Assembly (NCBI GenBank): GCA_041674525.1
Contig: JBAYVN010000004.1
Span: 8,203-72,202, forward strand
Direction of reading: 5' to 3'
Length of the DNA: 64,000 nucleotides
DNA from: Dehalococcoidia bacterium
GTDB lineage: Bacteria > Chloroflexota > Dehalococcoidia > UBA2979
The notes beneath the pieces were generated by a model, which saw nothing but the letters and a program-made list of their open reading frames with translations, was not told the DNA's origin and did no database searches. Each line of letters begins with the position of its first letter. Position 1 is the stretch's first letter. Of this stretch, positions 1 through 6,987 are shown one piece after another. Position numbers and translations under genes: made by a program.

Positions 1-1002
1 CCGCCGTGGATCGGGGCGCTGGCCGGGCTCCTCGGTGGGCTCGCACCGCTCGTCTGGGCGCAAGCGATCGTCACGGAGGTGCTCGCCCTCCAGGCGCTGC
101 TCTCCGCGCTCGCGCTGGTGCTGGTGGTCGACGCCACCGCGGGCCGTCGATGGATGGCGTTCGCGCTGGTGCTGGGGCTGCTCGTGTGGAACCACCCGAC
201 GGGCCTCGCGCTCGCGGCGCCGCTGGCCGGGGCGGCGCTCGTGCGGTCGCGCCCGGGGCGAGGCGCGTGGCCGCGGGTGATCGCGGCTTTCGCCGCGCCC
301 GGGATCTACACGGTGGCGTACCTGCTCCTGCGCGCGGACGCGCCGATCGCGTGGGGAGACACCGGGACGCCCGCGGGCGCGTGGGCGCACCTGTCCGGCG
401 CGACCTACCAGCACGTCACCGACCTCTCGATCGAGAACCTGCGGTCCGGTCTGCCGTCCTCGCTGCGGGCGTCGCTGGCCCAGGTGCCGCCGCTGCTGTG
501 GCCGCTGATGCCGGCGGGCGCGCTGCTGGTCGCCCGCGCGCGGCCGCTGCTGGCGGGGGCGCTGGGCGTGACCGCCGTGCTGCTGGTGGTGTTCGTCACC
601 GCCTATCGCGCCACGGGCCACGAGGACTACCTCGCCACCGTCGTCCTGGCCGAGGCGCTGCTCGCCGCCTGGGGCGTCGAGGCATGCTGGGACTGGCTGC
701 AGCCTCGCGTCCCGGACGGATCGACGCGGCTCGCGCTGGCCATCGGTGCCGTCGGGCTCGTCACGGTCTGGGGCGCGTACGCCGGGACGCGCGTCACCCT
801 GCGCGCCGATACGCGACTGCTGGACGCCGCCCGCGCCACGCTGGCCGCCGCGCCTCCGGACGCGACGCTTGAGACGAACGCCGATACGGAGACCTTTCCG
901 CTCTGGTACGCGCAGGCGATCCTCGGCGACCGGCCGGACGTGACGATCCGCGATGTCCGGGGTGTGGCGCCGGTGCTGCGCGGCGGCGTGCAGGTCCGCT
1001 AG
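1..1002 (+). CDS. Integral membrane protein, 5'-partial (frame open to window start); multi-TM, glycosyltransferase-family-39/DUF2723-like by composition
   Basis: ORF 79..1002 uses GTG as an internal start; the same frame stays open back to nt 1. Hydrophobic helices (ALVLVVDATAG, FALVLGLLVWNHP) are followed by a soluble C-terminal region. No specific catalytic motif recognised. Confidence 0.45.
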   Translation, partial: PPWIGALAGLLGGLAPLVWAQAIVTEVLALQALLSALALVLVVDATAGRRWMAFALVLGLLVWNHPTGLALAAPLAGAALVRSRPGRGAWPRVIAAFAAPGIYTVAYLLLRADAPIAWGDTGTPAGAWAHLSGATYQHVTDLSIENLRSGLPSSLRASLAQVPPLLWPLMPAGALLVARARPLLAGALGVTAVLLVVFVTAYRATGHEDYLATVVLAEALLAAWGVEACWDWLQPRVPDGSTRLALAIGAVGLVTVWGAYAGTRVTLRADTRLLDAARATLAAAPPDATLETNADTETFPLWYAQAILGDRPDVTIRDVRGVAPVLRGGVQVR

Positions 1003-1535
1003 CGGCCTGCCGGGCGTGCGCCCCCGCGCAGGCGGCGCTCGAGGGCCTGGAGCCAGTCCATCTGGCGATCCGTGGGCGCCACCTCCGGCCGCGCGGCGAA
1101 CACCAGGCGGCGCGCCTCGGCCAGCGTCAGGTCCTGGTGCATGAGCAGCGCGATGGCGACGGTCGGCGTGCGGCTCACACCGGCGTGGCAGTGGAGGTAC
1201 ACCGCCTGATCGCCGGAGGAGTCCGCCTCGCCGTCGAGCCAGCGGACGATGCTGTCGATCTGCTCGTCGCTGGGCGCCTCGCGATCGGGGATCGGGACAC
1301 GACGCCACCGCAGCCCGACGCGCTCCATCACCGCCGGGTCATCCGAGCCCTCCGCGCGCAGGTCGATGACGTGCGTGACGCCACGCCTGCCCAGAGACTC
1401 GACGCCCGTGGGTGACAGCGCGGGGCCGATGTACAGCCACGGGGCCACGCAGTCGACCCGCTCCGTCCGCGGGTGCGGCTCCCGGGGTGGCGATCCGCCG
1501 AACACCGCGCGCAGCCGGTCACGCAGTGAAGTCAC
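999..1535 (-). CDS. Dual-specificity (Tyr/Ser/Thr) protein phosphatase, DSP/PTP superfamily
   Basis: Canonical P-loop HCHAGVSRT (HCxxGxxRS/T) near the C-terminus and the DSP-typical VTHVIDLR segment. 178 aa. Start overlaps the stop of the upstream ORF by 4 nt. Confidence 0.75.
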   Translation of the reverse strand: MTSLRDRLRAVFGGSPPREPHPRTERVDCVAPWLYIGPALSPTGVESLGRRGVTHVIDLRAEGSDDPAVMERVGLRWRRVPIPDREAPSDEQIDSIVRWLDGEADSSGDQAVYLHCHAGVSRTPTVAIALLMHQDLTLAEARRLVFAARPEVAPTDRQMDWLQALERRLRGGARPAGR

Positions 1536-1580
1536 CTCGAGCGTCCTCCGTTGCCTCGCGCCGCCGGCGCTGAGTGGGCG

Positions 1581-3137
1581 CTAGAGCGGGCGGGTATGCC
1601 CGTTGTCGTCGGGCAGGTCGTCCAGCGGCTCGTCCTCGTCGTCCATGAGCACGACGGCGGCCGCTGGTTCGCGGGCCGCGCGCGCCGAGCCACCCCGCTC
1701 CGCGCCATCGCCCGCGTCGGAGCCCTCGCCGGGCGCCATCAGGTCACCGACGCGCAGCCGATCGGCGGTCGTGTCACGGTCCGCTCCTTCGCCGTACACG
1801 CGGCCGTAGCCGGTGCCGTAGTAGTAGTACGCATCACGCGAAGCGACGCGGTTGATGACGATCCCCGCGATCGGACGGCCGGACTGCGCGAGCTCCTCCA
1901 CGGTGGCTCGCAGCTGCTGCGTGCGGGTGTGGTGCGCGCGCGTGACGATCAGCAGCCCGTCCGCGAGCGTCGCGAGCACGGACGCGTCGGTCACCACGAG
2001 GGCCGGCGGCGAGTCCAGCAGCACGACGTCGAATCGCGCCTTGATGCGATCGAGGATCTCCTGCATGCGCGCGGATCCCAGCAGCTCCGAGGGGTTCGGG
2101 GGCAGCGGACCGCTGGTGACGGCGGAGACGTTGGTGTACACGGTCCGCTGGATCGCGCGGTCCATCTCCGGTTCCCGCGCAAGCAGCAGGTTGGTGAGCC
2201 CCTCCTGGTTGTCGAGTCCGAAGAGGCGGTGCAGCATCGGGCGGCGCAGGTCCGTGTCGATCACGCAGACGCGATGCCCCGCGAGGCCGAAGACCACGGC
2301 CAGGTTGGCGACGGTGGTGGTCTTGCCCTCGCCGGGCCCGGGGCTCGTCACGAGGATCAGGCGCCGGTCGCGCCCGAGGTCGATGGCGTACGAGAGGTTC
2401 GTGCGCGCGGCGCGGTACGCCTCGGCGACGGTGGAGCGCGGGCGGTGCGCGGCCTGGAGCTGGTCGCGTGGCGTGCGCGAGCGCTCAAACTGCTCGATGC
2501 GTCCGAGCGTGGGCAGGCCGCTGATTTCCGAGGCCTGCTCGGGAGACTTCACCGTGTCGTCCAGGTACTCGATCAGCATCACGCCGCCGACTGTTGCGGA
2601 GAGCAGGACCAGCGCGCCCAGCGCGGCGTTCAGGGACTTGCGCGGGGCGACCGGCTGGTGCGGCGGCTCCGCGCGCTCGACCACGGACACGAGGCCTGGG
2701 CGGTTGCTCAGGTTCGCCTGGTTGGACGAGATGAACGAGGCAGCAACGGTGTTCGCCATCGTCGCGGCGAGCGCGGGGTCGCTGGACTCCGCGGACACCT
2801 CCAGGAGCTGCGTGGAGGTAGGGTTGCGCACGGAGATGCGCTTCTCCAGGTCATCGGCGGAGAACGGGAGGTGGCCGTCCGACACCGCCTGCTCCAGCAC
2901 GGGCCGGATGGTCACCAGGCGGCTGAACGTGTTGGCGAGGCGCTCCGCGGTCTGGATGTCGTTGAGCTGCACGACGCCCTCGGCCTGGCGCTGGACGACC
3001 AGCAGCGTCGTGGTCGCCCGGTAGGTCGGGTCGAGCCGGAGGGAGACGCCATAGGCGAGGCCGCCGCCCACGAGCAATGCGGCGATGAACAGCCACCACC
3101 ACTTCCGGAGCAGCTGGACCGAGGTAGCGATGTCCAT
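1581..3137 (-). CDS. Polysaccharide co-polymerase / BY-kinase (Wzc/CpsD/EpsB-like tyrosine autokinase) for exopolysaccharide chain-length control
   Basis: N-terminal TM plus Wzz-like periplasmic domain and a second TM. Walker A GPGEGKTTTVANLA and the VIDTDLRRP Walker A' motif. C-terminal tyrosine cluster DAYYYYGTGYGRVYG, followed by an acidic tail. Confidence 0.85.
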   Translation of the reverse strand: MDIATSVQLLRKWWWLFIAALLVGGGLAYGVSLRLDPTYRATTTLLVVQRQAEGVVQLNDIQTAERLANTFSRLVTIRPVLEQAVSDGHLPFSADDLEKRISVRNPTSTQLLEVSAESSDPALAATMANTVAASFISSNQANLSNRPGLVSVVERAEPPHQPVAPRKSLNAALGALVLLSATVGGVMLIEYLDDTVKSPEQASEISGLPTLGRIEQFERSRTPRDQLQAAHRPRSTVAEAYRAARTNLSYAIDLGRDRRLILVTSPGPGEGKTTTVANLAVVFGLAGHRVCVIDTDLRRPMLHRLFGLDNQEGLTNLLLAREPEMDRAIQRTVYTNVSAVTSGPLPPNPSELLGSARMQEILDRIKARFDVVLLDSPPALVVTDASVLATLADGLLIVTRAHHTRTQQLRATVEELAQSGRPIAGIVINRVASRDAYYYYGTGYGRVYGEGADRDTTADRLRVGDLMAPGEGSDAGDGAERGGSARAAREPAAAVVLMDDEDEPLDDLPDDNGHTRPL

Positions 3138-3378
3138 GGCGACCCAGTCTGACAGAGCATCGCGCAGGCGTCACCCCGGTGCCCCGCAACACGGTGGCGG
3201 GGCACCGGAACCGGCCCGGTTGCGAGGATAGCACATCTGTGCGTATACCGGGCACCCATCGCCCGGGGCACCCTAACATCAGGGATCGCCCGAACCGCAC
3301 ATGGGTGCACACTCATTCATCCTCCGCTACACTGTGCCGGGATCTGTCAACGTTCGTAAAATTCTCTCGGGGGCTGAT

Positions 3379-4278
3379 ATGAAGCCGACCTTCCGAATCT
3401 CGCGCGGGGCGATCGCCGCTGGCGTCGCGGCGGTGCTCGTTGGCCTAGTCGCGCTGGCGCCCGGAACGTGGGGTGTCGCGCTCGCCCAGACGGCCGGCAC
3501 GCCGAGTGCCCCCCCGCCGCCCCCCAATTCGACCTCCACCGTCACGATCACGGTGATCTCCGGAAGCACCACGACAACGCTGGTGACCACGCCAAACCAG
3601 TTGTCGCAGGTCAGCCTCCCGCCCGGATCGGAGGTCACCAGCATGACACTGACGACCACGATCTCGCCGGCCTCCAGCGATCTCGCGGCGTTCTCGACCT
3701 TCGTCGTCGACCAGTCTCTTTCGCAGGACTCCGTCATTGAAGTGTTGTTCGACATCCAGTTCGACCTGTTGACAACGGCCCGGGCGATCGGCACGGGCGC
3801 CACGAGCGAGGCCCTGGCGATGGACCTCAGGGGCCTCCAGAACGCGCACGTCCAGATCTTCCAGGCGAAGGCCACCGACACGCTGAAGAAGGCCGCCGCC
3901 GCCACGATCACCGTCCCCCCGGAGACACTGGCCCAGGTCGGCGGTGACTTGAGCCGCCTGCAGGTGCGGTACATGAACACGGCGACCAAGGTCGCCGAAG
4001 ACGTGACGATGCTTCCCAGCCCGGCCGCGAACAAGCTCTCCTTCCAGTTCACGAAGGAAGGCAAGTACGCCATCTACGTCCGTCCGCTGGTTCCGCCGGC
4101 CGGTGCGCCGCAGGCAGCCCCGGCGACCGCACCGGTCGTCCCGCGCCCCGCGAACACCGGCACGGGCATCCCTGCCGAGGGCTCGCTCGGCAGCCAGCTG
4201 CTCCCGATCATCCTGGTCACGCTGGCCCTCGGCGCGATCACAGGCATCGGGTTGCGAGCGGCGCGCCGCCGCTCGTAG
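3379..4278 (+). CDS. Secreted cell-surface protein with N-terminal signal peptide, Pro/Thr-rich linker and C-terminal sorting-signal-like anchor (PRPANTGTG + TM + RAARRRS)
   Basis: ATG at 3379 preceded by a GGGGG stretch. Signal peptide MKPTFRISRGAIAAGVAAVLVGLVALA. C-terminus is VPRPANTGTG..LLPIILVTLALGAITGIGLRAARRRS. GC is lower than in flanking genes. Confidence 0.6.
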   Translation: MKPTFRISRGAIAAGVAAVLVGLVALAPGTWGVALAQTAGTPSAPPPPPNSTSTVTITVISGSTTTTLVTTPNQLSQVSLPPGSEVTSMTLTTTISPASSDLAAFSTFVVDQSLSQDSVIEVLFDIQFDLLTTARAIGTGATSEALAMDLRGLQNAHVQIFQAKATDTLKKAAAATITVPPETLAQVGGDLSRLQVRYMNTATKVAEDVTMLPSPAANKLSFQFTKEGKYAIYVRPLVPPAGAPQAAPATAPVVPRPANTGTGIPAEGSLGSQLLPIILVTLALGAITGIGLRAARRRS

Positions 4279-4359
4279 CGGCACGCGCACTCGAATGAAC
4301 GGAGCGGGAGGGGTGACCCTCCCGCTCTTGCGTTCGCCCTCGGAGCGCCGCGCGAGTCG

Positions 4360-5118
4360 CTAGCCCGCCTCCGGGACGCGACCCCGCACCACCAGCGGGT
4401 GCACCTCGTTGCCCTCCGTGTCCACATGAGGCTCGCCCCAGCGCACGCGGATGGGGACCTGCGCGCCGTCCATGCCGCGGTACAGCGCGGCGAACGCGAA
4501 GCCGAACTCCGCCTCCGTCAGCGGCGTGGGGCTCGCCTCGAACCAGTCGAGGTCGACGCGCGACAGCCCCGCGATGCTCACGTCGGCCGCGTACTGCTTC
4601 ATCGCCGCGCTCGTCCAGCCGCCGAACGGCGCCACCAACACGTCCGGCCCGCCGTCGTACTGCGCGGCCCACAGGGGCAGGGACGAGAACGCGCGCGTGT
4701 CGCCCATGAACGGGCGCCAGTACCACGCCGCCGTGTAGATCCCCGCAGGCATCGTCCCGCATGCCTCGATGGCTACGCGCAGCCGCTCGGCGCGCGTGTC
4801 CTGGTCCAGCGGTGCGCTCTCGTCCTCGACATCGATCCACAGCCGCCGCACGCGATCACGCCACGGCGCGATGGCGTCCCGCGCGTCCTGCACCTGTCGT
4901 GCCGGGTCGTCCCCGAACCAGAGGTACACGTACGCCTCCACCTCGATCCCTGCCTCTAGCAGCGCGGGGATCTGCAGGTGGGCGCACCCGGCGGGGTACG
5001 GCGGCTGCGGGTACTGCGTGCCGACGACGGCACGACGCACCCCCGCCGCGCGCAGCGCCGCAGCCTGCGGTCCCTCGATCGGCCCGGTGAAGTTGGAGAC
5101 ATCGATCGCCAGCGGCAC
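4360..5118 (-). CDS. Glycoside hydrolase family 25 (lysozyme/muramidase-like) protein
   Basis: GH25 blocks LAIDVSNFTG (compare IDVSxxQG), LWIDVEDE (compare LVLDYEDD of Cpl-1), LWAAQY and MKQYAADVS. The longest ORF (to 5262) would read through a tRNA-derived fragment, so the start is placed at the GTG at 5118. No signal peptide seen. Confidence 0.65.
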   Translation of the reverse strand: MPLAIDVSNFTGPIEGPQAAALRAAGVRRAVVGTQYPQPPYPAGCAHLQIPALLEAGIEVEAYVYLWFGDDPARQVQDARDAIAPWRDRVRRLWIDVEDESAPLDQDTRAERLRVAIEACGTMPAGIYTAAWYWRPFMGDTRAFSSLPLWAAQYDGGPDVLVAPFGGWTSAAMKQYAADVSIAGLSRVDLDWFEASPTPLTEAEFGFAFAALYRGMDGAQVPIRVRWGEPHVDTEGNEVHPLVVRGRVPEAG

Positions 5119-5217
5119 CCCGCACCCCCTCGCTGCGCACGCAGCGTGGACGAGGCACGCCCGATCGCGGAGCCGGGGATGGCGCGGGGAGTCGGCGAGA
5201 CGCGGAACTCGCCGTGT

Positions 5218-5260
5218 GCCCTCGTAGCTCAGGGGATGGAGCAGCGGCCTTCCAAACCGC
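5218..5260 (+). pseudogene. tRNA 5'-half fragment (acceptor stem, D-arm and anticodon-stem portion); 40/43 identical to the 5' half of tRNA-Arg at 6616..6691; no T-arm follows
   Basis: GCCCTCGTAGCTCAGGGGATGGAGCAGCGGCCTTCCAAACCGC versus GCCCTCGTAGCTCAGGGGATAGAGCAGCGGCCTTCTAATCCGC. The downstream sequence has no GGTTCGAAT-type T-loop. Confidence 0.6.
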
Positions 5261-5713
5261 ACGCCCCGCCCAACGCCGCTGGCGCGCCGTCAACGCACCC
5301 CACCTCGTCACCCTCGTCCGCGCCGGCGCCGACAAAGGCCACATCGTCGAACGGCCCGACGACCAACCTGACCACGAGTCAGGAGATGACGCTCAAGCCG
5401 CGTGAACGCTCAATCTGTGGGTGGCTAACGAGATCTGCCCGCTGACGGCCACCGACCTCCCGGCGGTGGTGACCACATGGCGTGGTTAGAGACAAGGAGA
5501 GCCGCGACGCGCCCAAGCCGGCGTGCCGACTGTCGGCGATGCGATGGAGTCGCTTCGGCCTCGCGAATCGGTCGCGCGCTCGGTCTGCGGTCTGGTTCGC
5601 ACCACGACGGTGTTGAGTGGGTGGGATCGGGCGCCGATGGGAAAATGGCGCCGACAGTAGTCTGAGTACGGTCCGGTGAGAACGAGCTGCGTGCATCAAG
5701 GGAGAGCAACGAG

Positions 5714-6283
5714 ATGAGACCGCTTCGACACTCGATCAACGTCACACTCGACGGCTGCTGCTATCACGAGGCAGGGCTCCCCCCCGACGAGGAGTCGATG
5801 CGTTACTGGACCGCGGAGATGGGACGAGCCGATGCCCTGCTATTCGGCCGGGTGACCTACGAGATGATGGAGTCGGCGTGGCGGCAGCCTGCCGCGGGCA
5901 CGTGGCCTGACTGGATGGGTGAGTGGGAGATTCCGTTCGCCGAGACCATCGACCGGGCGAAGAAATATGTCGTGTCGAGCACGCTGAGCGGGGTCGATTG
6001 GAATGCCGAGCTGCTGCGAGGCGACTTGGGGCAGACGGTTCAGCGGCTCAAGCAGGAGCCAGGCGAGGGCCTGTGGGTGGGCGGCGTGACGCTCCCCCTG
6101 GCGTTGGCAGATCTGGGACTGATCGACGAGTACGAGTTCGTTGTGCAGCCGGTCCTTGCAGGACACGGGCCGACGTTGCTCGCCGGTCTGCGCGAGCGCA
6201 TTCAGCTCGAGCTCGTGCATCGCAATGAGTTCCGGTCGGGGGCAGTCGCCCTGCGATACCGGCCCACGCGAGTTACGGCTTGA
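5714..6283 (+). CDS. Dihydrofolate reductase family protein (RibD C-terminal domain-like)
   Basis: 189 aa. Motifs LFGRVTYEMM, KKYVVSSTL and a Gly-rich GEGLWVGGV segment typical of the bacterial DHFR-like/RibD_C family. Good SD AAGGGAGAG 7 nt upstream. Local GC is visibly lower than the window average. Confidence 0.8.
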   Translation: MRPLRHSINVTLDGCCYHEAGLPPDEESMRYWTAEMGRADALLFGRVTYEMMESAWRQPAAGTWPDWMGEWEIPFAETIDRAKKYVVSSTLSGVDWNAELLRGDLGQTVQRLKQEPGEGLWVGGVTLPLALADLGLIDEYEFVVQPVLAGHGPTLLAGLRERIQLELVHRNEFRSGAVALRYRPTRVTA

Positions 6284-6615
6284 CGTGATTTGTCCTGGCA
6301 CGTTGGCCGCTGCTTCGCGACGGAACGACGGTTCTCGCGCCTAATGCGAGGGTTCGGACCGTCCCAAACGTGCGGACAGAACGGCGCAACCTGCATCCAC
6401 GGGTGCCGGTAGATGACGGTTCGGGCGGGGTGTCGAACTACGCAGCATCCGCACACGCGTGACGAGATGGCCATGTCCGGGCAGTTTCAATTGGCCGCCG
6501 GCGGGCAGATGCTGCTGGCCGCCCACACGGCGCCCGCGACCGCTCTCGTCGCTTCGCCCGCCGATGCCGCTGCGACCGCCGGTCGTGCCGCCGCGGGCCG
6601 CGGCGATATACTTTG

Positions 6616-6691
6616 CGTTGATCCCGCCCTCGTAGCTCAGGGGATAGAGCAGCGGCCTTCTAATCCGCTGGTCGGAAGTTCGAATCTTCCC
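6616..6691 (+). tRNA. tRNA-Arg (anticodon TCT), 76 nt including encoded CCA
   Basis: Cloverleaf read by hand: acceptor GCCCTCG/CGAGGGC, D-arm GCTC-AGGGGATA-GAGC, anticodon loop CTTCTAA (anticodon TCT), variable loop TGGTC, T-arm GGAAG-TTCGAAT-CTTCC, discriminator A, CCA. One C-T mismatch at the base of the anticodon stem. Confidence 0.9.
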
Positions 6692-6987
6692 GAGGGCACC
6701 ACGCTCGCAGGCAGCAATCTCGCGACGGGCGTCGTGCCCACCACGCGGGAGCCCGGCGATGAGAGCGACCGCCCGTCGAGCCGCGACCCCGTGGAGCGCG
6801 CGGGGCGGCCGAAACTGAGCGCGGCAGCGCGGGCATCCCGGCAGGCGCGCAGGTGGCAGGGCGCGCATTGCGCGACGAACTGGTGCGCTCCGCGATGACC
6901 GCGATCGAGCGCGCCGTCACGGCACGCGGAGGCGTTCCGCCACCACCGCGTCCCGCGGACCAGCGCCGTCCGTCGGCAGGGCCGCCG

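Noticed and set aside
1551-3152. 533-aa plus-strand ORF
   Set aside because: It is antisense to the Wzc-like kinase, which carries clear Walker and Tyr-cluster motifs. Similar antisense frames at 13645..15417, 27890..29296, 30383..32149, 35514..36764, 36263..37483, 38702..40372, 41352..42452, 43310..44431, 51226..52530 and 53227..54357 were rejected for the same reason.
5119-5262. N-terminal 48 codons of the longest GH25 ORF (MRFGRPLLHPLSYEGT...)
   Set aside because: This stretch is the reverse complement of the tRNA-derived fragment and adjacent non-coding DNA. The GH25 homology begins at the GTG at 5118, so the start was moved there.
6341-6898. ORFs overlapping the tRNA-Arg region on both strands (175 aa and 161 aa)
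   Set aside because: They overlap a bona fide tRNA gene and its promoter, and have Arg/Pro/Gly-rich composition.
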